Shown here piece by piece: positions 48,422 through 57,742 of a DNA stretch of 64,000 nt. The notes beneath the pieces were generated by a model. It ran no database searches. It was given only the letters and a program-made list of their open reading frames with translations, and was not told where the DNA came from. Both the position numbers and the translations under genes were made by a program. The DNA comes from Alphaproteobacteria bacterium (GTDB lineage Bacteria; Pseudomonadota; Alphaproteobacteria; SP197), in assembly GCA_964291415.2 (NCBI GenBank), contig OZ219920.1, positions 32,001 to 96,000 of the forward strand, in the 5' to 3' direction. Within the stretch, counting starts at the first letter, position 1, and every line of letters starts with the position of its first letter.

Positions 48422-48440
48422 GATTTGCCGAACGTCCGTC

Positions 48441-49724
48441 CTACCACTCGTGCCGGCTTTGCCAGCGGTATGCGGCGAGACGGGCGTGGGCGCCCAGGGC
48501 GAGGAATGGCTGGGCGGGCAGCCTGGCGGGACCGCTGAGCGTCACCGCGTCATCAATCAGGGACGATTCGCCGCCGAGGGCGTGTTCGGCCACGAGCTTG
48601 CCGGAAATCGTGCCCCGCGCCAGTCCCACGCCGCAGTAGCCCAGCGAGACAAAGAGGCCGGGTTCAAGGCGTCCGAAGTGCGTCGACCAATCTCTCGTCA
48701 TGCAGAAGACACCGGCCCAGGTATGCTCGAAGTCGAGATGTCGCAGCATGGGGAAGCGATCGGCGACACCCTTGCGGTGCGATTCCAGGAGATGTTTCTG
48801 CCGCTGCCGGCCAAGCCGGAAATCTCCGGCACAGAAAGTACCGAAGCGCGCCAGGATGCGGTTGGAAGGGGTGCGCCGCATGGTTGCCGTCCCCGTAATC
48901 CCCCAGTCCCGGTGGCCGCCCAGGGCAGCGTCTTCGTCCTCGTTGAGGGGCCGTGACAGGCTGGCACAGGCGATCATCGGAAACACGTGGTTCTTCAGAA
49001 GGCCGAGCCGGGTGATGAAGGCGTTCGTTGTCAGGAGGACGCCGGGGGCGCTGACACGACCATCGTCACAGATCACCGAGCGGGGATTGCCGGCGGAGAT
49101 GTCCCGCACGCACGTGTCCTCGAAGACATCGACATTCTCCGGCAGGGACTGGCCAAGACCACGGCACATGGCCGCCGGATTGACCGTGACGGTTCGTGGT
49201 GTGAAGACGGCCGCGTGGTAATGGTGGGTGCCGATGATGTCGGCGAGAGCGTCACCCTCCAGCCACTCCCATGTCTCCCCCAGGTCTTCCAGCATGCGAA
49301 CGGTGGCATGAAGCCCACCGATTCTTGACTTGTCGACGACCGCGGTCAGGTGACCGTGAGGGGTCCACTCGCATGCGATGTCGTGCTCATCGACCCGGGC
49401 CTCGAGCTCCGCCAGTCCGGCGAGCACCAGGCGGGATATCCGCCGGTTGGTGTCGCCGTCGAACTGTTCCGTGAGGTGCGGCGTGTCGATGATGAAGCCG
49501 GCGTTGCGGCCGGATGAACCATAGCCGATACGGAACTCCTCGATCAGAACGATCCGCTTGTCGGGAAGCAGTTCGCCGAGGCGGCGGGCGGCAGCAAGTC
49601 CCGTGACGCCGGCGCCGACAACGACCCAGTCGGCAACCTGATCGCCCGTCAGCCGCCTCGCGGGCGGTGGCGGTGGCAGGATGGCATACCAGCCCGGGGC
49701 GTGGTCCCGATCAGGCGCCATCAT
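48441..49724 (-). CDS. FAD-dependent amine oxidoreductase (DAO/PuuB-like)
   Basis: VVGAGVTG, GSSGRNAGF, TWAG, GYCGVG.ARGT. Confidence 0.9.
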   Translation of the reverse strand: MMAPDRDHAPGWYAILPPPPPARRLTGDQVADWVVVGAGVTGLAAARRLGELLPDKRIVLIEEFRIGYGSSGRNAGFIIDTPHLTEQFDGDTNRRISRLVLAGLAELEARVDEHDIACEWTPHGHLTAVVDKSRIGGLHATVRMLEDLGETWEWLEGDALADIIGTHHYHAAVFTPRTVTVNPAAMCRGLGQSLPENVDVFEDTCVRDISAGNPRSVICDDGRVSAPGVLLTTNAFITRLGLLKNHVFPMIACASLSRPLNEDEDAALGGHRDWGITGTATMRRTPSNRILARFGTFCAGDFRLGRQRQKHLLESHRKGVADRFPMLRHLDFEHTWAGVFCMTRDWSTHFGRLEPGLFVSLGYCGVGLARGTISGKLVAEHALGGESSLIDDAVTLSGPARLPAQPFLALGAHARLAAYRWQSRHEW

Positions 49725-49856
49725 TCACGTCCCGGCGCGTTGTTCCCAAGCCGGCTGAAAGGGAACGTGGCGAAGGCCGGTGGACACATCACGTCGTGTC
49801 ACCGCGACATAGCGCGCCATGTTGTGCATGGAGGCTTCCATCCTGAATTCGGTCAT
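49725..49856 (-). CDS. Possible 43-aa ORF or gene remnant inside the transporter operon
   Basis: GGAG/GAGG RBS-like sequence before ATG 49856; its stop directly abuts the oxidase ATG. Confidence 0.3.
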   Translation of the reverse strand: MTEFRMEASMHNMARYVAVTRRDVSTGLRHVPFQPAWEQRAGT

Positions 49857-49905
49857 GACGGCCTCACTCCCTGCCGGACTTTGTCGACGAACGGATGAAT
49901 CAAAG

Positions 49906-49943
49906 ATGCACCCCTTGCCGGAATCCACCGGCAAGGGGTGCAT
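49906..49943. repeat. Perfect 16-bp stem-loop just downstream of the SBP gene (likely mRNA-stabilising or attenuating hairpin)
   Basis: atgcaccccttgccgg-aatcca-ccggcaaggggtgcat. Confidence 0.85.
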
Positions 49944-49955
49944 GTCAGGTGATCG

Positions 49956-51053
49956 CTACATTCCGGCCTGGGCCTCGTGCCACATCTCGATGAGACGTGC
50001 GTCCTTCTCCGGAGGAACCTCGTCGAAGAAGACGCCCTTGGAGAGCAGGGCGACGGGGTCGTCGAGGCCCCTGTCGCGCAGGACGTCCGGGTCGATCAGA
50101 TCGAACGTGTTGATGTTGGCGTGACCGTAGCCGTAGGTCTCGAACAGTGAGAGGCCTCCAACCGGATCCAGCATGGCGTTGATGTAGTCGTAGGCCTGAT
50201 CTTCGGATCCCTCGCCGTCGCTGCTCAGGCACAGTCCGCACATCCAGGGCATGACCGGATCAACAATGACGACCGGGATGCCCTCTTCCTTCATACGCCG
50301 CGAGGCGCTGCCGTAGATGTAGGAAATGCCGACGTCGCCGGCGACCCAGGCCTGTTCGAGCTGGGTGCTGTCGGTCCACACGAAACGGGCGTTGTCCAGC
50401 ATCTTGCGGAAGATCTCCGGCGCCATCGCCATCTCTTCCTCGGTGGGATCGAGGGGGTTGGCCCAGCGGCCAATGACACCCGCCACCAGGATGTTGACAC
50501 CCATCTGTGATGTCAGGGATGTCTTGCCCGCGAAGCGCGGGTCGACGAACAGATCGAAGGTCGGATTGTCGACATCGATGACCTCGGGATTGTAGGCGAC
50601 GGTGGAGAAGCCCCAGTCCCATGGGCAGAAGAAGTACTCGCCGTCAATGCGCACGCCCTTGACCTCGAGAAGGTCGGGAATGATCTCGCCCCACCTCGGG
50701 ATACGGTCCGTCTCGAGGGCCTTGATGAGACCTGCGTCGCGGAACTTCTTCACCGAGGCAGTGCAGGGATGGACCAGGTCCACCCTGAAACCGGCGCGCA
50801 TCTTCTGGAAGGCGTCCTCGGTCTCGGAGAAGAACGTCACTTCCGGCTGTCCGCCGTACTTCGCATTGTACTCGGGGTGGAAGGATTCGTACTCGTAGCC
50901 ATTCCACTCCAGGAGGCTGAGGTCGACTTCGGCCCGGGCCTTGCCGGAAACCAGTGGAACGGTCACGAGACCTGCGGAAGCAAGGACTCCAGCGGCCTCA
51001 CGGCGGGTCAGGGCACCGTCGCGCAACGCCCTGGTGAACTCTTGCGGTTTCAT
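49956..51053 (-). CDS. PotD/PotF-like extracellular solute-binding protein, Tat-like signal
   Basis: LTRREA signal, EWNGY, FQKMRAGF.VDLVHPC, PWDWG, AYDYINAML. Confidence 0.9.
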   Translation of the reverse strand: MKPQEFTRALRDGALTRREAAGVLASAGLVTVPLVSGKARAEVDLSLLEWNGYEYESFHPEYNAKYGGQPEVTFFSETEDAFQKMRAGFRVDLVHPCTASVKKFRDAGLIKALETDRIPRWGEIIPDLLEVKGVRIDGEYFFCPWDWGFSTVAYNPEVIDVDNPTFDLFVDPRFAGKTSLTSQMGVNILVAGVIGRWANPLDPTEEEMAMAPEIFRKMLDNARFVWTDSTQLEQAWVAGDVGISYIYGSASRRMKEEGIPVVIVDPVMPWMCGLCLSSDGEGSEDQAYDYINAMLDPVGGLSLFETYGYGHANINTFDLIDPDVLRDRGLDDPVALLSKGVFFDEVPPEKDARLIEMWHEAQAGM

Positions 51054-51135
51054 GAAATTCTCCCTCATTGTCGGTTTGTTCACGGACAGAACCCGGAATG
51101 GACCGGCGCCCGATTCTCCTTCAAACGATGTTCTG

Positions 51136-51156
51136 ACCGTCCCACGATCGGACGGT
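51136..51156. promoter_or_regulatory. 7-7-7 inverted repeat between the divergent SBP and Rieske genes; candidate operator
   Basis: accgtcc-cacgatc-ggacggt. Confidence 0.35.
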
Positions 51157-51338
51157 TCTCACAATGGCAATCAGGCAGTATAGGCACATCCTCGGGTGGA
51201 TGACAGGCGGCACGGGCGCGCCGAGTCGGGGTGGCGCCGGGAAGGGAAGCGGTGGTTCCATCCGTGCCGGGCTCGCCGCGGGCTTTTCAATTGGATGCGA
51301 CTGGCGATACCATGCCCGGAGCGCGAGGAGTGAAGATC

Positions 51339-52556
51339 ATGAACGTCATCGCGTTTCCGGAAGTGGGCGATGTGTGGCAATCGGTCTCGGACGAGGTGCT
51401 GGAACAGCTCGGGCGGGACACGTCGCAGGCGAGGGGACTTCCCAATGCCGCCTTCACCGACGGCGGGTTTCACGAACTCGAGAAGGCCCGCCTGTTTTCG
51501 AGAACCTGGTCCTTCGCGGCGCCGGCGAGCACGCTCGCCGATCCGGGCGACATCCTGTCGGTGGAGATCGCCGGTCATCCACTGATCCTGGTGCGCGGAC
51601 ACGATCACGAGGTGCGGGCCTTCCACAATGTCTGCCCGCACCGTGGCGCCAGGCTGGTGACGGAATCCCGATGCTCCAGGAGCGTTCTTACCTGTCCCTA
51701 CCACGCCTGGTCCTATGGTCTCGACGGCGTCCTCAGGGGGCGTCCCCACTACCATGGCCACGGCCGTCACCAGACGGCCTGCGACATGTCGGGTGAGGAT
51801 GTCCGTCTCTTCGCCATCCCGTGCCGGCAGTGGCATGACTGGGTGTTCGTCAACATCGATGGCAAGGCCCCCGAATTCGAGAGCTTCATGGCCCCGGTGG
51901 AGGAGCACTTCGCCGGCTATGACATCGCGCAGTTCCGCCGCTCGGACCAGACCATGGCCGTGGAGTTCGCCTGCAACTGGAAACTCGCGGTGGAGAACTA
52001 TTGCGACTTCTACCACGTGTTCGCCGTCCACCCGGCGCTGGACCGCATGATGAGTCCGCAAACGCGGCAGTCCATGCGCGAAAGCGGTTGCCACCTGACG
52101 AACGGCTATGCCTTCACCTCCAGCGGCCGGGGCATCGCGGTCGACGATTCGGGCCCCGGCCTGCCGTCACAGGAAGGAATCGATGCGGACCTGGAATCGA
52201 GCTCCCGCTATGCCGTGCTGTTCCCGAACTTCGCGGTCAATGTCTATCCGGGCAGTCTCCAGGCCGTTCTCTTCGAACCGCAGGCGGCAGACCGCACCAT
52301 CATGCGCATGTGGTTCTACTACGTCGGCAATGCCGCCTGCGCGGCCGAGCACGCCGAGGCGCGGGACGCTCTCTACCAGGAATGGGTGGAACTCAACGAC
52401 GAGGACAAGGACATCTGCCTGCGCCTCCAGGAGGGGCGCGCATGCACGGCCTATGACGGCGGTCGCCTGGCGCCCCACTGGGACCGTGGGACTGTCCATT
52501 TCCACCGCCAGGTTGCACACGCCATCCGCCGCGAAGGCGCTTTCGCGGAGGCGTGA
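51339..52556 (+). CDS. Rieske non-heme iron oxygenase alpha subunit (choline monooxygenase/GbcA/CntA-like group)
   Basis: CPHRG...CPYHAW Rieske ligands; NWK.AVENYCDFYHVFAVH and EDKDIC mononuclear Fe site; RBS GAGGAG. Confidence 0.93.
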   Translation: MNVIAFPEVGDVWQSVSDEVLEQLGRDTSQARGLPNAAFTDGGFHELEKARLFSRTWSFAAPASTLADPGDILSVEIAGHPLILVRGHDHEVRAFHNVCPHRGARLVTESRCSRSVLTCPYHAWSYGLDGVLRGRPHYHGHGRHQTACDMSGEDVRLFAIPCRQWHDWVFVNIDGKAPEFESFMAPVEEHFAGYDIAQFRRSDQTMAVEFACNWKLAVENYCDFYHVFAVHPALDRMMSPQTRQSMRESGCHLTNGYAFTSSGRGIAVDDSGPGLPSQEGIDADLESSSRYAVLFPNFAVNVYPGSLQAVLFEPQAADRTIMRMWFYYVGNAACAAEHAEARDALYQEWVELNDEDKDICLRLQEGRACTAYDGGRLAPHWDRGTVHFHRQVAHAIRREGAFAEA

Positions 52557-52574
52557 GTACGCGCCCCCACCGTC

Positions 52575-52866
52575 ATTCGGCGAACTTGCGGGGGGATCGC
52601 GGTCACGGCTGGACGCCAGCCGCAGGATCACGTGCCTCATCCCGGGAGATTGCCGCGAACCTGTTCTCTTCCCGCCGCCCCCTTGGCGCACGATTGTTGT
52701 TGCCGTCGATGCAGACCGGCTGCTCGTCCTTGAGTTGAACGCGTATGCCGCAGCGTCAGGCGCACATGCAGCAGGTGGCGGCGACGATGTCGTCGACCGT
52801 CGCCGGCATGCGGGCGATGCGCTGCCCGATCCGGCGGCCGGTCGCCGCCACGGATCGCATCGACAT
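52575..52866 (-). pseudogene. soeA: Eroded 5' remnant of a molybdopterin oxidoreductase, SoeA-like (sulfite:quinone oxidoreductase)
   Basis: Across frames: DDIVAATCCMCA*RCGIRVQLKD..CIDGN / CAKGAAG / RFAAISRDEA / LASSRDRDP / RKFA. This is collinear with SoeA TTCYMCACRCGI.VHLKDG..YIEGN...CAKGSAG...FEEISWDEA...DPKKLA as I remember it. Confidence 0.75.
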
Positions 52867-52901
52867 GGACTCGCCTTCAAGCGTGGTGCCGGACGCGCCC
52901 G

Positions 52902-54578
52902 TCATCGAGGACTGGCATGAGGATAATCCATCGCGACGCGTTCCGGGGTGATCAGTCCTTCGGCAAGGTCGTGCCTGATCGCCTCGAGAGGACGGTCGCC
53001 GGGTGTGCCGTATCCCCCGCCGCCACCGGTATGAATGGTGAGGACATCGCCCTTGCGCAAGGTCGCTCCGGCCTTGGAGTTGACCGGTATGGCCTCTCCG
53101 TCGCGCAGCACGTGGCACGAAGCGGGGACGCCGTCGCCGCCACCAAAGAGCCCTGCCGGAGCGATGCGGAAACGATCGGCATAGATGGCAAAGATGACAT
53201 CGTCGCGAGTGATCTCGTAGGCGCGGGTGAATCCCAGACCGCCCCGGCAGCGTCCGGCGCCCGCGGAGTCGGACAACAGCGAGTAGTCGATCACCCGGAA
53301 GTAGTCATACTCCATGTCGAGAGCCTCGACGGGCGTGTTGGAGCAGTTCGACAGGGGGCTGTCGATGGCGTCGCAGCCGTCGGCCTCCAGGGACGCTCCG
53401 TATCCGCCGCCGAAGATTTCCACGTACACCCTGTATCCGCTGTTCGTGAGGTGGGAGAGAGCGAAGACGGCGGTGGTGTCGAACCCGCAGGCGATCACGC
53501 GGTCGGGGGCAGCCTTGGCCAGGGCCTTCATCACCGCATTGAACACGCGATAGGCCGGTTCCATGCGCGCCCGGACGGGCGCGGGAGGCCTCGGATTGAG
53601 CAGGGATCCATAGGGCGCGGTGATGTTGAACGGCCTCTTCACCCCTTCGTTGAAGGGGACGTCGGCGCTGGTCAGCACCGACTTGACACAGGCAAGAGCG
53701 GCCGAGACCGTGGATGAAAAGGGGCAGTTGAGATTGCGCGCCACCTGGGGTGCGGTGCCGTCAAAGGAGATGTCGAGGCGATCGCCCTCGACGGTGACCT
53801 GGGCCCTTACGGGCAACGGCCGATCGTCGATTCCGTCGTCATCCACCGCATCCTCTCCCTCGTAGGTGCCGTCGGGGATCGTGGCGATCGATGTCCGGAC
53901 CCGGCGCTCCGAGTAGTCGAGCAGCTCTGCCATGGTTTCGGTGACCGCATCCGGGCCGAACTTCGTGGCCAGTTCCCTCAGGCGCAGACCACCAATGGCA
54001 TTGGCGGCAAACTGCGCGTTGAAATCGCCGATCGTGAGCTGGGGCACGCGGATGTTGGCTGCCACGAGGCGCTCGAAACGGCCGCCGTTCCAGTCGCGCT
54101 CCATGTTGTAGCACGACGGAGGAATCTGCAGGCCTTCCTGATAGATGTCCGAGGCATCGGCGTTCAGTCCCGGGGCGCCGCCGCCAAGGTCGAGATGGTG
54201 GGCCACCGAGGCGCCAAAGCCGAGGACCCGGCCCTCGAAGAAGACGGGCGAAAAAATGAAGACATCGGGAAGGTGCTGCCCCCCGTTGAAGGGATCATTG
54301 GTGATGTAGAAGTCGCCTGGTTCGAGGGAATCGACCGGGTGTGTCTCGGCGCAGGGAACGAAAGTCATCTTCATCGGACCGAGCTGCATGGGGATGAGTT
54401 CGGCCTGGGCGACGACATTCCCTTCCCGGTCGAGCAGCGCCGCCGAGGCGTCCTGCGCTTCCCTGACGATCGTCGAGTAGGCGCTGCGGATGAGCTTGGC
54501 GCCCATCTCCCTCGCCGCCGCGATGATGCCCTGGCTGATGACCGCATAGTCCACAGGATCGAGCGACATGATTCTCAT
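52902..54578 (-). CDS. Hydantoinase B/oxoprolinase subunit (paralog 2)
   Basis: RSAYS.IVREAQD, NDPFNGGQHLPD, AHHLDLGG, IYQEGL, NTPVEALD, GGGGGYG. Confidence 0.93.
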   Translation of the reverse strand: MRIMSLDPVDYAVISQGIIAAAREMGAKLIRSAYSTIVREAQDASAALLDREGNVVAQAELIPMQLGPMKMTFVPCAETHPVDSLEPGDFYITNDPFNGGQHLPDVFIFSPVFFEGRVLGFGASVAHHLDLGGGAPGLNADASDIYQEGLQIPPSCYNMERDWNGGRFERLVAANIRVPQLTIGDFNAQFAANAIGGLRLRELATKFGPDAVTETMAELLDYSERRVRTSIATIPDGTYEGEDAVDDDGIDDRPLPVRAQVTVEGDRLDISFDGTAPQVARNLNCPFSSTVSAALACVKSVLTSADVPFNEGVKRPFNITAPYGSLLNPRPPAPVRARMEPAYRVFNAVMKALAKAAPDRVIACGFDTTAVFALSHLTNSGYRVYVEIFGGGYGASLEADGCDAIDSPLSNCSNTPVEALDMEYDYFRVIDYSLLSDSAGAGRCRGGLGFTRAYEITRDDVIFAIYADRFRIAPAGLFGGGDGVPASCHVLRDGEAIPVNSKAGATLRKGDVLTIHTGGGGGYGTPGDRPLEAIRHDLAEGLITPERVAMDYPHASPR

Positions 54579-56260
54579 CTCCCTTCCGAAGCCACACCAT
54601 GCCAGGCATGGTGACGCCGCGCACTCATGGCACTGACATATCCTTCCCCGACGTCGTCGTCGACCAGCTTCGGGTCCCGTTCACCGGGCGCGCCGTATCC
54701 GCCGCCACCACCGGTGCGTATGGTCACGACATCGCCGACCTCGAGCGGCATCGTTCCCTTGCTCGCCACGTCGATGACCCTGCCATTGCGTTCGACGCGG
54801 CACGATGCCCGCGCTCCTTCGTGGCCACCGAAGAGACCGGTCGGCGCCAGGCGGAACCTGTCGGCATAGAGTGTCAGGGTACAACCCGGTTCGAGGACCT
54901 CGTACACCCGGTCGTACCCCAGCCCGCCCCGGTGACGCCCCGCCCCGCCGCTGTCGGCACGCAGGGTCCAGGCGTGCAGGCGGAAGAAGGCGTAGTCGAG
55001 ATCCAGGGCCTCGACCGGTGTGTTCGTGCAGTTGGCCAGCGGGCTGGCGAGCGCGCTTTCGCCATCGCTGTTCGCCGAAGCGCCATAGCCGCCGCCGAGA
55101 ACTTCCGTGACGACCTGGTAGTGCTGGCCGTCGAAGCGCGTCATGGTGAGCGCCGTGGTGGTGTCGTAGCCGCAGGCGATGACCCGCTCGGGAACGGCGC
55201 CGGCAAGCGCCTTCATGACGGCATTGTAGACCCTGTAGCAGGCTTCCATGCGGGCATGCACCGGCGCTGGCGGTTGCGGGTTGAGCAGACTGGGGTAGGG
55301 CACGCGGAGAGTCACGGGCTGCGTCATGCCATGGTTGAAGGGAATATCGGGGCTGGTGAGTGTCGCCTTGATCGCTGCGTAGGTGGCCGATGCGGTCGAG
55401 GAAAGGGGGCTGTTGAGATTGCGGGTCACGTTACCCGCCGTTCCGGCGAAGTCCGCCTCGATGCGGTCGCCATCGATGGTGATGGCCACGCGCACGGGTA
55501 GTGGTTCGTCATGGATGCCGTCGTCGTCGACCGCATCTTCCCCGTGCCATGTGCCGTCGGGGAGGGCTGCGATCTCCTTTCTCATCCGCCGCTCGGAATA
55601 GGCGATGAGTTCCGTCATCGCTTCACCGATTCGGTCCGCCCCGTACCTGGTGGCCAGGTTCACGAGGCGTTCGGCTCCCAGGGCGTTGGCGGCGAACTGG
55701 GCATTGAAATCTCCGATGGTGAGCCGGGGTACGCGAATGTTGGCGGCCACAAGTCGCTGCAACGGCCCGCCATGCCAGTGGCGCTCGAGATTCCAGCATG
55801 AGGGCGGCAGGCGCAGGCCCTCCTGGTAGATGTCGGTGGCATTGGCCACGATTCCCGCTGCCGCACCGCCCATTTCGAGATGATGCGCCACCGACGCGGC
55901 AAATCCGATGAGACGTCCGGAGAGGAAGACGGGCGAGAAGATGTAGACGTCGGGCAGATGCTGGCCGCCTTCGTAGGGGTCATTCGACAGGTAGAAATCG
56001 CCTTCGCGCAAATCCTCGGGTGGATGGTGCCGGGCACACGCCTTGAATGTTGCCGCCATCGAGCCGAGGTGCATGGGAATCATCTCGGCCTGGGCGACGA
56101 TCCGCCCCTCAGGGTCGAGCAGCGCGGCAGAGGCATCGGCCGCCTCGCGGACGACCGTGGAAAAGGCCGAGCGCACGAGCTTCGAGCCCATTTCGCGTGC
56201 CGCCGCGATGATGGCCTGGCTGATGACCGCCTGATCGATGACATCGAGTGTCAAGGACAA
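54575..56260 (-). CDS. Hydantoinase B/oxoprolinase subunit (paralog 1)
   Basis: RSAFS.VVREAAD, NDPYEGGQHLPD, AHHLEMGG, NTPVEALD; TTG start after GAGGGG; ATGA-coupled to paralog 2. Confidence 0.93.
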   Translation of the reverse strand: MSLTLDVIDQAVISQAIIAAAREMGSKLVRSAFSTVVREAADASAALLDPEGRIVAQAEMIPMHLGSMAATFKACARHHPPEDLREGDFYLSNDPYEGGQHLPDVYIFSPVFLSGRLIGFAASVAHHLEMGGAAAGIVANATDIYQEGLRLPPSCWNLERHWHGGPLQRLVAANIRVPRLTIGDFNAQFAANALGAERLVNLATRYGADRIGEAMTELIAYSERRMRKEIAALPDGTWHGEDAVDDDGIHDEPLPVRVAITIDGDRIEADFAGTAGNVTRNLNSPLSSTASATYAAIKATLTSPDIPFNHGMTQPVTLRVPYPSLLNPQPPAPVHARMEACYRVYNAVMKALAGAVPERVIACGYDTTTALTMTRFDGQHYQVVTEVLGGGYGASANSDGESALASPLANCTNTPVEALDLDYAFFRLHAWTLRADSGGAGRHRGGLGYDRVYEVLEPGCTLTLYADRFRLAPTGLFGGHEGARASCRVERNGRVIDVASKGTMPLEVGDVVTIRTGGGGGYGAPGERDPKLVDDDVGEGYVSAMSARRHHAWHGVASEGR

Positions 56261-56460
56261 CGCCCCCTCGTCACCGCTCACCCTACCATGATCGCGCCGG
56301 GACGCCTCCACAGGAGGAACCCGACACAGTTCCGGCACATGTTTTCCGGGAACGCCGGCACCTGTTATCGTGGAAGGCGACGGAGCGGTCGTTGCATGCG
56401 CCGTCGCATCGCCAGCGGTCTCGCGTGATGGGGCGCCATCGGCGTGCCAGGGAGGGTTTC

Positions 56461-57723
56461 ATGGGTGAACGCGGTCATGTGACGGTCATCGGTGCCGGCG
56501 TTGTCGGCGTGGCGACGGCGCTCTGCCTTGTCCGCGACGGTTTTGACGTCACCGTGATCGATCGCGACGGACCCGGCGAGAACTGTTCCTTCGGCAATGC
56601 CGGCATGATCTGCGATTCCACGTCGGCCATGCCGCTGCCATCGTCGCAGGTCATCCGGGGTCTGCCCCGGATGCTGATGGATCGCAAGAGCAGCCTTCAC
56701 ATCCGCTGGAGCTACCTGCCGGCGCTGATGCCCTGGCTCCTCGTGTTCATGAAGAGCGCCGGGGCCCGGCAGCGGCATCACAATGCCCGTGCCTTCTACG
56801 CTCTTCTCGACGGTTCCGTGGCGTCCTGGGAACGGCTTGTCGAGGGAACGCAAGGAGCGGCGCTGATCCGCAAACGCGGACTTGCCATCATCTACGAAAC
56901 GGAACGCGGCTTTGCCTCGGCGGCCGCGGACCGCGCCACGTTGCGTGAACTCGGCGCGGAACTCACTGAACTCAACGGCGCCGAAGTGCGCCAGAGCGAG
57001 CCACAGCTCTCCGAAGCCGTCACAGCCGCAACCTTCCTCCCCAGGGTCAATCACACGGTCAATCCCTATCGGCTCACGCGGGCGGTCGCCGACTGCGTCG
57101 TTGCTGCCGGAGGTCTGGTCGAGACGGCGACCGTGACGGGGATCGAGGTGAGCGATGGCCGCGTGCGGACATTGCGGACCACGGCTGGCGACAGGAAGGT
57201 GGACCGCCTGGTGGTGTCCGCAGGGGCCTGGTCGGGGCGTCTTGCCAAGATGCTTGGCATCCGCGTCCTGCTCGATACCGAGCGGGGATACCATACGGTT
57301 TATCACGGCGCCGACAGCGGGCTGCGCCTGCCGCTCATTCATGGAGAGCAGGGCTTCGGCATGAATCAGATGGATGAGGGGCTTCGCATTGCCGGCAGTG
57401 TCGAGATGGCCGGCATCGATGCCCCCGCCGACTACAGGCGCGCCGACATCCAGGCCGAGAGGGGACGCGGTATCCTGCGCGACTTCAAGCCTGAGCATTC
57501 AACGAAGATCACCCGATGGATGGGTCGCCGGCCGACCCTGCCCGACTACCTCCCGGCGCTCGGCAAGGTCGCCGGCCTGGACAACACATGGTTCAATTTC
57601 GGGCACCAGCACCTCGGCCTGACCCTCGCGGCACGCAGCGGCGAGGTGATGGCGAATCTCGTGGCGGGCCGTGATCCCGGTCTTGACCTTGGCGCGTTCA
57701 GGCCGGATCGTTTCAACCGGTGA
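56461..57723 (+). CDS. D-amino-acid dehydrogenase-like FAD oxidoreductase (DadA family)
   Basis: VIGAGVVG, CSFGNAG, ERGYH, WMGRRPTLPDYLP, FGHQHLGLT. Confidence 0.92.
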   Translation: MGERGHVTVIGAGVVGVATALCLVRDGFDVTVIDRDGPGENCSFGNAGMICDSTSAMPLPSSQVIRGLPRMLMDRKSSLHIRWSYLPALMPWLLVFMKSAGARQRHHNARAFYALLDGSVASWERLVEGTQGAALIRKRGLAIIYETERGFASAAADRATLRELGAELTELNGAEVRQSEPQLSEAVTAATFLPRVNHTVNPYRLTRAVADCVVAAGGLVETATVTGIEVSDGRVRTLRTTAGDRKVDRLVVSAGAWSGRLAKMLGIRVLLDTERGYHTVYHGADSGLRLPLIHGEQGFGMNQMDEGLRIAGSVEMAGIDAPADYRRADIQAERGRGILRDFKPEHSTKITRWMGRRPTLPDYLPALGKVAGLDNTWFNFGHQHLGLTLAARSGEVMANLVAGRDPGLDLGAFRPDRFNR

Positions 57724-57742
57724 TGTGCGGAGATCGGGTGTC

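Noticed and set aside
52756-52758. In-frame TGA at a Cys position in the soeA-like fragment as possible selenocysteine
   Set aside because: It falls at the non-ligand Cys of the CxxCxCxC motif and is surrounded by frameshifts, deletions and truncation, so it is simple nonsense decay.
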